From positions 32,001-96,000 of IMG/VR virus record IMGVR_UViG_3300035696_000012: a stretch of 64,000 nucleotides of DNA; one strand, given 5' to 3'. Shown here one piece after another: positions 36,882-47,900 of the stretch (within the stretch, counting starts at the first letter, position 1; each line of letters begins with the position of its first letter). Position numbers and translations under genes: made by a program. The notes beneath the pieces are model-generated. The model saw only the letters and a program-made list of their open reading frames with translations. It made no database searches and was not told where the DNA came from. Source of the stretch: a virus.

Positions 36882-38006
36882 TTATACCGTCAAATCTAAT
36901 ATTTTTTTTGTTATTGTCATCCAGTTATAATTTTTTTGAGTTTCTTTTATGTTCGGTTTATATTTTTCTAATAATTCATTTTTGTTAGCTACGGCATATT
37001 TTAATTTTGCCACTCCATCATCAATATCAGGCTTAAATGCTATTGTTCCATGTTTACCTTCCCAATACAAAAAATTAGGAGGAACAAAAAATTCTTTGCC
37101 ATCAATTAATAATGAATTATCATCATTTAAGAAATCTAAAAACCCACCGTATCTTGGTGCAATATTTATTTTACCAAGCGCGTTGGCTTCTAATCCAGGC
37201 ATACCAAAACCTTCGGCATGACTTGCAGTAAACACTATATCACAAGATTTATATAGTGAATATATATTTGGAATATATTCTTTTATTATTTCTATTTCTG
37301 CATGATTTTTATATTTTTCTTTAAAAGAATTAAATATATCTTTAAAAGATAGTTCGAATGGCTGTGTAGGAGTTTTATCCTGTATTTTTAATACTAAACA
37401 TACATCATCAAATTTAGTAAATGCTTTTCCATACATTTCTAAAAGACCATTTATATTTTTTCTTCTATGAACTTGTCCAATTGGTTGGATCATAATTTTA
37501 GTTGATTTTTTAGTTTTTAAATTAAATGGTATTGCCGAATCAATTTCATCAAAATCAACTCCATGCGGTATAACTGTCATAGCATTTTCAGGAATACCTG
37601 AATCAATAAATATTTGTTTTGCAAAATTAGATGGAGGCAATAACCGATCTGTTGATTTATAATTTTTTGCAAAACCTCCAGCAATAGAGTTTTTACCAGC
37701 AAACTCATAACACCATATTCCAAATCTATTTTTTGGAGCATGTGATAGATATATTGGCATATTTTTTAATGCGGTATAAGAAATAGCCATATCATAATTA
37801 TTATTTGGTAATTTACCAAAAATTAATTTATTTTCTTCTGATGCACCAATTAAATGTTTTCTTAAATTTTCTGGTATATTTTTTTCACCATCAGTTGAAA
37901 AAAGATCTACATCATGCCCTTGTGCTATGAGGGCAGTAGCAATACCACGACCAACATGTGCCCAAGAATGATTAGCATTTAAAAATTGTCGCATTATTAC
38001 GTGCAT
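36882..38006 (-). CDS. Glycosyltransferase family 4 (GT-B)
   Basis: VIPHGVD, RKN..GLL, S..EGFGMP.LEA.A.G. Confidence 0.88.
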   Translation of the reverse strand: MHVIMRQFLNANHSWAHVGRGIATALIAQGHDVDLFSTDGEKNIPENLRKHLIGASEENKLIFGKLPNNNYDMAISYTALKNMPIYLSHAPKNRFGIWCYEFAGKNSIAGGFAKNYKSTDRLLPPSNFAKQIFIDSGIPENAMTVIPHGVDFDEIDSAIPFNLKTKKSTKIMIQPIGQVHRRKNINGLLEMYGKAFTKFDDVCLVLKIQDKTPTQPFELSFKDIFNSFKEKYKNHAEIEIIKEYIPNIYSLYKSCDIVFTASHAEGFGMPGLEANALGKINIAPRYGGFLDFLNDDNSLLIDGKEFFVPPNFLYWEGKHGTIAFKPDIDDGVAKLKYAVANKNELLEKYKPNIKETQKNYNWMTITKKILDLTV

Positions 38007-38042
38007 ATTGATACTATATCACGCAATATGTTTTTGTATATT

Positions 38043-41000
38043 TTAATCTATCTCAGGTCCATATATTTCAAATGTCGGTCCGGTGTTTCCACCAGGTATA
38101 TATGTATTATCACCAGAATATAGAGTGCTTGTAGAATATGTTTGAGTACCGGACGCCGGGGGTCCAACAAGATCGTTATATATACCGGTTGATATTGGTG
38201 AATATCCAGGTGTCGGCGTACCGAAGGTATTACTAATCAATACGGTAGCGGTTCCAGCGCTCAATGTTAATGGACCGGTATTAAAAGCATGTCCAGTTAA
38301 TTCACCAACAACATTAAGACTTACATTGCCGGTTGGTAAACCAAATGAACCACTGACAGTAATAGTTATAGTGATATCTGTGGAAGGCGGTGGAGCTGGA
38401 TAGTATGATGGACTACCAGTAATTGTTATTGTAATTGTTGGTGTTGCACATTGATAGAAGTAAGATGTAACAGTAGATGTAACAGCATTATACGAAGAAC
38501 TACCACCATAGGAAGCTTGCACTGTATGATATCCTTGTTGTTCCGTTCCACCAAAATTAGTTCCACTAATTGCTATACCGGGATAAGTTGTATCAATACC
38601 ACCTCTATGTATTAAATTACCGGTCAATGCCGTTGTAACACCGTCTATTAATAATGTAACTGTTCCAGTAACATTATGAGACCCATCACCAATTAAGTCC
38701 ACATAATCCGTAGTACTTGGATTTCCAGCGGTAGTGCTGTTGATAAAGTTTTGAGATATGGAAGGTGTTAATTTAGAAACAACGAACCCGCCTATGAATT
38801 GACTTGAACCATTAAAATTGGAATCGCCGACATAGTTTGCTTGAAGTTGATAGGTGCCAGCAGTTGGAATATTTAAACTGCCAAGCGTTGCAACATTTGC
38901 GCTTATTACACCGGAGCCTAAACTAGTAAATGGTGATACTATTGTAAATGTTATGCTACCAGACGGACCTGGCGAAACCACATATTGTGGATTAACTGTT
39001 GCACTAAGACTAAATGTACTAAATACCGTTTCACCAGATGACGGTGATGCTGTGAATGGATTAATTGTTGTACTGGCTTTATTTACCATTTGTGTAACTG
39101 TATTTGATGTACTTGGCCCATTATTACCATCACCAGAATACACTACAGTGATCGAGTGTGAACCAGCTGTCAATAACGCGTAAGATGTAGTATTTGTTGG
39201 TAATGTAGTTGTGGCAAATGTAACACCACCGTTTTTGAATGTTAATGTACCAGTTGGACTAGATCCATTTACGGTTGCGGTAAATATAACGGCTTGACCA
39301 TATGTTGATGTTGGTAAGTTAGACAACAATGTTGTTGTGGTTGGCGAAGCTGTAACAGTTTGTGTGAAATTTATAGATGTATTTCCATTAAAATTTGCAT
39401 CACCAGAATATGTGCTAGTTATTGTATGTGCTCCAATTGTTAACCCTGAATATGCGAGTGATCCTGTTCCACTAATTAATGGAATCGCCCCATTAATATT
39501 TACTCCGCCATTTTTAAATTGAACTGTACCTGTTGGTGTCCCGGTTGTAACAGATGTTACAGTTGAACTAAATGTTGTTGATTGATTAATGGCAGTGGTT
39601 GGAATAGAAGAATTAATTGATACTGAAACATTTGCTTTACTAACAGTTTGATTTGGTGATAGTGATATAGATGCCGAATTGTAAATCATATCTCCGTTGT
39701 AATTTGCAGAAATTGTATGATAAGCTGGAGACAAGGTTGGTGTAGCTAACAACGCTGATGTTGATGTTTGGGCAGAACCAGCCACGAGTGTAATCGGAGC
39801 ACCAAAATTAGTACCATCAATTACGAATTGTACGGTACCAGTTGGTGTTCCCTGTGTACCGACTGCTGTACCGAAAAATATTACACTATTACCGTAAATA
39901 GACGGATTAGCACTTGATGATACCGTGAATGTTGGAGTTAATCTATTAATAACTTGAAACACTGTATTTGATGTATCTGGCGCATATGTTGAATCACCAC
40001 TATATATCGCTGTTATTGGATGGGTGCCTGGAAGCAATTGTGTTGGTGACAATGAGAATGTTGCGACTCCACCAACTAATCCCTGAACAGAACCAAGGTT
40101 TACTCCGTTGTCTTGGAATTGCACGGTACCCGTTGGAGTACCCAATGAACCACTTACGGTGGCAGTAAATATTACGCCAGATGTTCCGTAATTTACTGTT
40201 GGCATATTCGATATTAAAAATGTAGATGAAGCTTCTGCTGTTATTACTTGTGTAATTGGAGCTGACGTGCTGGTGTTATTATTTGAATCTCCGCTGTATG
40301 TGGCTGTTATAGTATAACTACCTGTGCCAAGAATACTTGTTGAATACGTTGCCATACCAGATCCATTAACGGTGGCAGGACTGCCCATAGGACTTGCATT
40401 ATTGTAAAATTGAACAGTACCACTTACCGGGCCATTGTTAGATCCAACGATAGTAGCGGTGAACGTTATATTAACACCAGCCGGTGACGTTGGAGCTGAC
40501 GAAACCACTGTTGTCGTAGTATTTTGTTTATTCACTACCTCACTAACTGAATTAGAAGTACTAACTAAATAATTAGTATCTCCAGAATATTGGGCAGTAA
40601 GAGAATGAGGCGAAAGAGCTACGCTAAATAATGGTATATTTAATGTAGCTACACCAGAATTATTTACAGGAATCGCACTACTAAGTGCAGTTACGCCATC
40701 ATAAAATGTAACAGTACCAGTTGGTATAGTAAATGCAGATGATACAGTTGCCGTTAGTAGTACCGCTGTGCCCCAGGTTATGGGATTTGCAGACGTCATC
40801 AATGTCGTCATACTTGGTAATTGATTTACCACTTGTACTAATATAGGTGATGTGGATGAACTAAAATTACTATCACCGGAATATTGTGCAGTTATATTAT
40901 GGTTGCCAGCAGTTAATGTAGAAACCATTAATGATCCCGAATTGGCAGAAACACCAGATGTACCAATAACGGTTGCACCATCATAAAATGTAATTGTACC

Positions 41001-41660
41001 AATTGCTACACCGCCAACTGGAACAGTAATAGAAGCTGTAAAAATTACATTTCCACCATAATTTGATGGATTACTACTTGAAAATACAGCTATTGATGAA
41101 GCATACTCACTTACTGTCAATAATGCAGGGAATGAAGAACTTCCGCCAAATATATTATCTCCGCTATATTCTGCTATCACAGCATGCATTCCACCACTCA
41201 ACACTACCGCAATAGATGTAGCAGAACCAGAAACTAAAGTTTCAGTATCTATTACATTTGTACCATCTAAAAACGTTACAGTACCAGTCGGAGTACCACC
41301 AGAACCAGTAACAGTAGAAGAGAATGTTACAGCCATACCATATGTTATACTTGTTGCAGAAGGAGTTATCGTGGTAACAGATGGAGTTAAATTTACAATA
41401 TCTACTTCCAATACATTAGAAAACCCAGGAGCAAAATTTTGATCTCCTGCATAATACACTTTCATTTCATGGGTGCCCAGACCTAATGTAGTTGATGATA
41501 TATTAAAAGTAAATTGTCCATTATCACCAAGCCTACCAACTGAAACTGTATGAGTGCTATCCTGTAAAATAACGGTACCAGTTGGAATTATTAATATTCC
41601 AGGAGACAATACCAAAACATTTATTATAACCGGATCGCCTAATGCTATTATTAATGCCAT
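38043..41660 (-). CDS. Ig-like domain repeat protein (~12 bacterial Ig-like group 3 repeats)
   Basis: Twelve ~95-aa units with S.NPS..G..V.F.ATV......TGTVTF.DG...G.H.ITA.YSGD.N...S.S pattern. Confidence 0.9.
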   Translation of the reverse strand: MALIIALGDPVIINVLVLSPGILIIPTGTVILQDSTHTVSVGRLGDNGQFTFNISSTTLGLGTHEMKVYYAGDQNFAPGFSNVLEVDIVNLTPSVTTITPSATSITYGMAVTFSSTVTGSGGTPTGTVTFLDGTNVIDTETLVSGSATSIAVVLSGGMHAVIAEYSGDNIFGGSSSFPALLTVSEYASSIAVFSSSNPSNYGGNVIFTASITVPVGGVAIGTITFYDGATVIGTSGVSANSGSLMVSTLTAGNHNITAQYSGDSNFSSSTSPILVQVVNQLPSMTTLMTSANPITWGTAVLLTATVSSAFTIPTGTVTFYDGVTALSSAIPVNNSGVATLNIPLFSVALSPHSLTAQYSGDTNYLVSTSNSVSEVVNKQNTTTTVVSSAPTSPAGVNITFTATIVGSNNGPVSGTVQFYNNASPMGSPATVNGSGMATYSTSILGTGSYTITATYSGDSNNNTSTSAPITQVITAEASSTFLISNMPTVNYGTSGVIFTATVSGSLGTPTGTVQFQDNGVNLGSVQGLVGGVATFSLSPTQLLPGTHPITAIYSGDSTYAPDTSNTVFQVINRLTPTFTVSSSANPSIYGNSVIFFGTAVGTQGTPTGTVQFVIDGTNFGAPITLVAGSAQTSTSALLATPTLSPAYHTISANYNGDMIYNSASISLSPNQTVSKANVSVSINSSIPTTAINQSTTFSSTVTSVTTGTPTGTVQFKNGGVNINGAIPLISGTGSLAYSGLTIGAHTITSTYSGDANFNGNTSINFTQTVTASPTTTTLLSNLPTSTYGQAVIFTATVNGSSPTGTLTFKNGGVTFATTTLPTNTTSYALLTAGSHSITVVYSGDGNNGPSTSNTVTQMVNKASTTINPFTASPSSGETVFSTFSLSATVNPQYVVSPGPSGSITFTIVSPFTSLGSGVISANVATLGSLNIPTAGTYQLQANYVGDSNFNGSSQFIGGFVVSKLTPSISQNFINSTTAGNPSTTDYVDLIGDGSHNVTGTVTLLIDGVTTALTGNLIHRGGIDTTYPGIAISGTNFGGTEQQGYHTVQASYGGSSSYNAVTSTVTSYFYQCATPTITITITGSPSYYPAPPPSTDITITITVSGSFGLPTGNVSLNVVGELTGHAFNTGPLTLSAGTATVLISNTFGTPTPGYSPISTGIYNDLVGPPASGTQTYSTSTLYSGDNTYIPGGNTGPTFEIYGPEID

Positions 41661-41666
41661 GAGTTC

Positions 41667-44600
41667 CTAACTTATAATAACTATTGATGGATCTGGACAA
41701 ACAGTATTTGTTGGTGGCGGGTTAGGAACACCAAGAATATTTTGTGCCTGTATAAAATTGACATATATTGGATTATTATTCCACCCAGCTTTTTTTAGAT
41801 ATACAGTTATTTCTACTTTTGTATTAAGAGTTTGTTTTACTGGATCTTGATACAAATTTGTAAAATTCAATGTTAATAATCCAGTAGAATAGTTTATAGA
41901 AACACCTATTTTACCATCAACTATAATACCAGAAATACATTGAGGATCAATTCCATCTAACATCGGAGAAAATGACTGTACAGAGGCACCAAATCTAATT
42001 TGATTTAAATTTAATGCATTTAATCCAACTGGTGTACAATCTGCAAATTTCATCGCCCTATACCCAAGATTTGTATATCCAGTACCTGAAACATCAGCAA
42101 TAAAATCAGTTAGTAAATTAATACTATGTTCAGTATCAAATGATACGTCTGGTATTTCTATCAAAATGGTTGATATTTCAAAATCCATTTTCATAAAATA
42201 ACCATCTGGGCGTAAAAATTGTCCACCATTATTCACTATCAAATTATTTGATATGAAAAAGTCATTTCTACCTGGATCAAATGGTTGAGCTTGTGGGAAA
42301 ACTTGCGATGTTACTCCTGGCGCATAACATTTTGGATTAACATAACCTGTTTGATAATTAAATGATGCTTGAACTAATCTTGGATTAGAATTAACAACGA
42401 CAGATGATGAATCCCATACTAATTGTTGCATCACACTAAATGGTAGTGGGTTTATTTGAACATTTTGATTTGCAAAAAAAGTGTACCCATCTAAAAATAC
42501 ATCTGGTAACGGATGTAATGTTGTTCCTCTATTTGTACCGTTTGATGGGTAATCATCATTTCTATCAATATATTTTTCTAATGTTAAACGAATAACATTA
42601 AATGATGTTCCTATTTTATTTGCAGGTGCCGTTGTAGCTGGCAATGGTTGAACGCCATTTATGTAATTTGTAATATAATTTAAATCAGTTGCATTAAAAA
42701 TCAAATCACCATTTATATCAGATCTCATAATTTGTAAAATTGTATCTGATGTATAGTATTGTTTTTGAATCGTAATATCATTATTGTCTATTAAATTTAT
42801 GATAGCGAATGATCCGTTGTTACCAGGACTTGTAACGGAATTCATTATAGATAATGAATTAGCGCCTAAATTTATTATACTATTAAAATTTGCAGAAGCG
42901 CTGCCAAAATTAGCCTGAGCGCCATTAGATGGATTTGGAACCAAAATACCATCGCTGCCCGATGCCAATACATTTAGATTTGGATCCAGTACTTGCCAAT
43001 GTAAATATCCATCAGCTACAAATAGTTCTGTCTGTTGAATATATTGAGAATAACTTGGAATCACATTTAAATTTGCTCCAAGCAATGGTTGTGCTGCCAA
43101 TAGATCGTTACCATCGACTACACCATCACCATTTACATCGCCATACATCATGGATATTAATTCAGCCTTAGATATTTTATAATAAAAAGATGGATTAGCT
43201 GTGTTCGGTATTATTTTTGCACCATTTAAAGCACCAGTAACAAGCAGAGATACAAGTTCTATTATATTTTGATCATATCTATAACCATCTGTAGAATCTG
43301 TTATAACTTTCATAACAAGCTGGTTACCAATCATTCCATATTCATGGAATGCTGCTGTTAGAGTTGAAGAAAACGCATTATATGTTTTAATATTTTGATC
43401 TGAGATAGTACCGAGTATTAATGGCTCAGAAACATTCTGTATATTAGCAAGCGAGGCAGCATTCAATAATGAAATTGAAGGTACTAATTGCTGCTCAGTA
43501 AATACTGGTTCACCAGTTCGTTCACTCTGGACTTGATTACTATCTTGTGTTATAGCCTGGAATAATGCATAATATAAATCATTTCTAACAAACTGAATGT
43601 CATTTAAAACATAATCTTCCGTTAGTCCGGTTGTTGAATTTATTTGTGTTTTTGGAACAAATGCACCATTGCCGGCGTCATATGCTTGACCGTCGGATAC
43701 TTTTGCTGCATCAGTCCATACCTGAAACCACAACGATTGTTCGGGAACATCTACCCATACACTACCATTAAATAACGTTTCCCAAGTATCTGAAGTACTG
43801 TTAGAACCAAGAGCTAATTGTATTTGACAAGTATCTGCAGATCCAGCTCGTTTAACGGTAATAGCATAATAATTACCAGGTTGTATTACGAGACCAGAGC
43901 CAACAGGAGTATTGCTAAATATAAAATCAACAGGTTGAGAAACGGTATTTAATTGAATACCTGATGCTAAAAGAGTTGAATAATTCACACTTAATTGAGC
44001 CAATGGTATATTGGATGGATCAAAATCTATTGGTGCTTGTGGTGTAATATCAGTTGGACAAGATACCGTTGATTGAAGCGGGTACAAACTTATTAATAAA
44101 TCACCAGTCCATACTAAATTACTTGGAGTAGTATCATTAATTACAGAAAGAAGAAGTGTAATTTTTTGTATATTATTTGTGGAGACTAAAAATTTTTGTG
44201 CTACTTGAGAGCTTACATCATTTTCAACAATACTTGCATATGAAAGTGGCGCTATGTTGATATTTAAATTATCAATATTATAACTTGGTAAGGCTGCTGC
44301 CAATGTGCCCGCTAACGTTGATCCGGTAGTAACAAAAAAATCTCTAAAAAATAGATTAGGCTCTATATCTTGTGATATCATAACACAATCTCGTGAGAGC
44401 GTAAGCGGATTTGCTTCTTTTATTGTTATAATTCCACCAAGATTTAATGATTGTGATGGAGCACCAATAAAATCATTAAATAAAAGAGTTAAAATTGATC
44501 TATAGTGTTTTGAACTTAATTGTTTTTCATTTCTATCAAATGTAAATCTATCATATTGTAAATTATTTTGAAAATCTAATCCTATAATTAATACTTTAAC

Positions 44601-44900
44601 TGTTCTATTACCGGAAGCTTTTGATTCGCACAGTTCAATTTGTAATTGATTTCCATTATTACTATCTGATGGTTGTGATTGAATATTTATTGGTTTTCCG
44701 TCTAATAATCCATTAGCCGATTCTGAATTAAATAATACACGTTGAATTAATGAATCAGGTAATACACCTGAGCCAAAATGGCTATCGATGATTCCTGATT
44801 GTATTGTATTATCGTGTGTCTGCTCTAATGTTAAGTTGGTATTATCAACATTTTGGGTATCAAACCAGATATTTTGTGGGGCTGAAACTGGTATTCGCAT
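41667..44900 (-). CDS. Large virion structural protein with two dockerin/EF-hand-like motifs
   Basis: 1077 aa in the baseplate module; YGDVNGDGVVDGNDLL and RSDINGDLIFNATDL ~140 aa apart. Confidence 0.7.
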   Translation of the reverse strand: MRIPVSAPQNIWFDTQNVDNTNLTLEQTHDNTIQSGIIDSHFGSGVLPDSLIQRVLFNSESANGLLDGKPINIQSQPSDSNNGNQLQIELCESKASGNRTVKVLIIGLDFQNNLQYDRFTFDRNEKQLSSKHYRSILTLLFNDFIGAPSQSLNLGGIITIKEANPLTLSRDCVMISQDIEPNLFFRDFFVTTGSTLAGTLAAALPSYNIDNLNINIAPLSYASIVENDVSSQVAQKFLVSTNNIQKITLLLSVINDTTPSNLVWTGDLLISLYPLQSTVSCPTDITPQAPIDFDPSNIPLAQLSVNYSTLLASGIQLNTVSQPVDFIFSNTPVGSGLVIQPGNYYAITVKRAGSADTCQIQLALGSNSTSDTWETLFNGSVWVDVPEQSLWFQVWTDAAKVSDGQAYDAGNGAFVPKTQINSTTGLTEDYVLNDIQFVRNDLYYALFQAITQDSNQVQSERTGEPVFTEQQLVPSISLLNAASLANIQNVSEPLILGTISDQNIKTYNAFSSTLTAAFHEYGMIGNQLVMKVITDSTDGYRYDQNIIELVSLLVTGALNGAKIIPNTANPSFYYKISKAELISMMYGDVNGDGVVDGNDLLAAQPLLGANLNVIPSYSQYIQQTELFVADGYLHWQVLDPNLNVLASGSDGILVPNPSNGAQANFGSASANFNSIINLGANSLSIMNSVTSPGNNGSFAIINLIDNNDITIQKQYYTSDTILQIMRSDINGDLIFNATDLNYITNYINGVQPLPATTAPANKIGTSFNVIRLTLEKYIDRNDDYPSNGTNRGTTLHPLPDVFLDGYTFFANQNVQINPLPFSVMQQLVWDSSSVVVNSNPRLVQASFNYQTGYVNPKCYAPGVTSQVFPQAQPFDPGRNDFFISNNLIVNNGGQFLRPDGYFMKMDFEISTILIEIPDVSFDTEHSINLLTDFIADVSGTGYTNLGYRAMKFADCTPVGLNALNLNQIRFGASVQSFSPMLDGIDPQCISGIIVDGKIGVSINYSTGLLTLNFTNLYQDPVKQTLNTKVEITVYLKKAGWNNNPIYVNFIQAQNILGVPNPPPTNTVCPDPSIVIIS

Positions 44901-44918
44901 TCTATATTCCTATGTAAT

Positions 44919-44932
44919 ATACTAAAAAATTA
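44919..44932 (-). promoter_or_regulatory. Candidate late promoter (TAAT-N8-AT)
   Basis: Minus strand tcTAATtttttagtATatt; 18 nt before ATG 44900; TAGGA RBS between. Confidence 0.45.
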
Positions 44933-47900
44933 GAAGTAATTAATATATACTTGAGTGTTAGCTGGTTTAAGAGTATTTATCAATTCTTCTAAAACCTGTT
45001 TTACTACAGCATTATCTGCTAATATATCAAATGAATCATAAATGTTGATAGTAAAATCACTTAAACCAGTTGTACTATTTTTTAGAGTAGCAAAATTAGT
45101 ATTTTTAGTAATAAGTGTATCAAAATCTAACAGCAATGTCGTATATAGATCTGGCGTTACTGGTAAAACTATATCTGTATTTGTACTATAATTAACATCT
45201 AATGATTCACCGAATGGCATAAATAATGGTCTTGATTGGTTACTTATACGTAAATTATCTATCAGTGCATAAGCTCCATTAGTACCAGAAAAATCTGATC
45301 CTATGAATAACTCGTTTATGGTATCCTTAAAAATTATGCTTGCTTGCATAGTATTTTGCCCAGTAAATGATGACCCGAATACCTGATTTTGACCATATAA
45401 CAATCCATTTCCAAACAACACGTTTCCTCTTTCATAACCATCAACAAAAAACCTAATTTCGTCGGATCCTAATCCAGAATTAACTTTAAATGTTGCCTTT
45501 AAACGGTGCCATGTGCCCTTAGACCAATAAGCCGGAGTTCTTATTTGATACACAATACCTGATGCAGTAACACTAAAATTAACATATCCAGATGGATCTT
45601 TAAATATCGATATTCTATCTCCGTTAGTTCCGGTTGGAATATAATTAACAACAACAGGAGTTTGTTGATTTGGAAGGGCTCTATTTAAGTATAGAGTTTG
45701 CATATCATCTCCTATTGTACCACCAGCAAAATAATCAACATTTTGGTTTCCAACTTGTAACTTTACATTAAGTACCTGTGACACTCTTCCAGATACTTGA
45801 ACAGTAGCATTATTTATACTAACTACCTGCTGACTAACTATACCAGATGCATCAAAATAATATCTATAATTAGGATCATTGCCAGTATCATAAATTGGAT
45901 TAATCCAAAACTCTATTGTTCCTTCTTGTTTTGATGTTAAAATACCAGTATTATCTATTACCATTGGTTTATTGGTTAACACGATACTTTTGCCAAAATT
46001 ATCATTAACACTAATTGATGATTGAATGAATTGATTAGAAGCAGTTGTATATATAGAAGAATCATTTGTAAATGGAAAAGAATCAAAATGAAGCAACATT
46101 GATGTATTAGCAGTTGGCTGTAATGCTTTTAATGAGTTAAAATCTTTTGTTATTGTTTCTTGATTAGCACCAACCATTTCACCAATTCTCACATCAGTTA
46201 ATTTTTCAGATATGATTGTTAATTCATCAATTATACCATTAAAAACATTATGTCCAGCGAAATCAGTACCAACATATGAATATAAATTAGTTAGATTCAT
46301 AGGTATTGTTAAATAAGTATAATATTCAAATTGATACAATCCTTGAACTAAATTGTATGGTTGACCAGGTGTGGTTAAATTTTCCAAAATAAAATATCCG
46401 TTTTGAAGACCGCTCCTATATGTACTAACAGTTAATACTTCGTACACACCATCGGATGTAATAGGCGATGGTAATGCGGGAGTAATGTTTATGCTCTTAT
46501 AATCTGATGAAACATCAGTTATTTGATATTGTCCGGCGCTTGCGGGCGGATATGTTATTACTAAATAGTTTCCGATTGTTTGTGATGAGAAAAAATTATT
46601 AGAATCTGTTACAGTATTGCCACTACCAATTAAACTATTACCAACAACAGTTTGGTAACTATATCGTATTACAGGAACTGTTGTGCTATTTTCAGCAACA
46701 GTTATTGGATTAGCTTCCAAAATAGAAATGACAACACAATTTTGTGTTGGGTCAATTGGATTACAATTAACTACAACATAGTTTACGTTAGTAAACTGTG
46801 ATATTGTTGACAAGGTGTCATTTTTTGTAAAAATTAATATTTCAGGTGAAGATGTATTATTTGTACCATAAATTGATACTGTTACTGGATTAGAATAATC
46901 TATATTAGTACCAGATATATATACAGACAATGTTCTACCATTGTCAGATATTGATGGCTGATCTGTCATTATATTATTAGATACGAAAACCCCGCCAATT
47001 AATGTTGAATTGACTGGACCAATATTATATCTATCAAGCAAAATATGAGTAATTTTTACGTCTGACAATAATATTGGTGATGGTAATCTTGTTTTTATTA
47101 TATTTGCTGTGTTCCCCCAAATATAATATTTATGATTAATCAATCTATGATTTAAACCAAGAGTTCGTATTAACACAATATCATTTGGAAGAGCTTTATC
47201 TTTTATAGTTAATGTAACTGTATCATCCGGGTTTCTTGTTATACTATAAGCTGGATGCAACGCTCTTAGACCAGGTATTTCCTGTTCTATATTAGGATAT
47301 ATAAAAAATGATGCAGATGAATAACTCGCAGGCATTTTACTATTCAATATTAAATTTTGACCATTGACTCCTAATATAACATAGTTTTCGGCAAAACCGC
47401 TTTCCGTTATCCTGATCAAATATCCAGGAACTACATCTTTCATCGAAAAATTGATTGATGCGGAGGTAACAATATTATACCCATCAATTATTTTTAAGTC
47501 TGTTCCATTTAAAGATGAGTGCAATAATGATATTATAACATTTGGATACAAATCTATTTCTGTTAATACATTGAATGATGTTTTATTTATTGAAAATGAA
47601 GCGCCGGTCATAGACAACGGCATAGGTGTTGCAAGCGTTAATGTATTACCATTAACATTTATAATTAAATATCCTGATGTAGAAAATCCTGGTTCCTCAA
47701 TATAGATAGTCCCACCATTTACAATACCATAAGCACTAAAATTTAATGATGATGTAACGTTATTTAAGCCAAGTGTTGTGACCAAATCTGTTGATGAAAC
47801 AATTGCAGATGTAATAATACCAACAATTTCTTCTGGATTAACTGTTCTAAACTTTTCATGCAAATATGTTTCAACATTACTGCCATACTTTATTATATTT

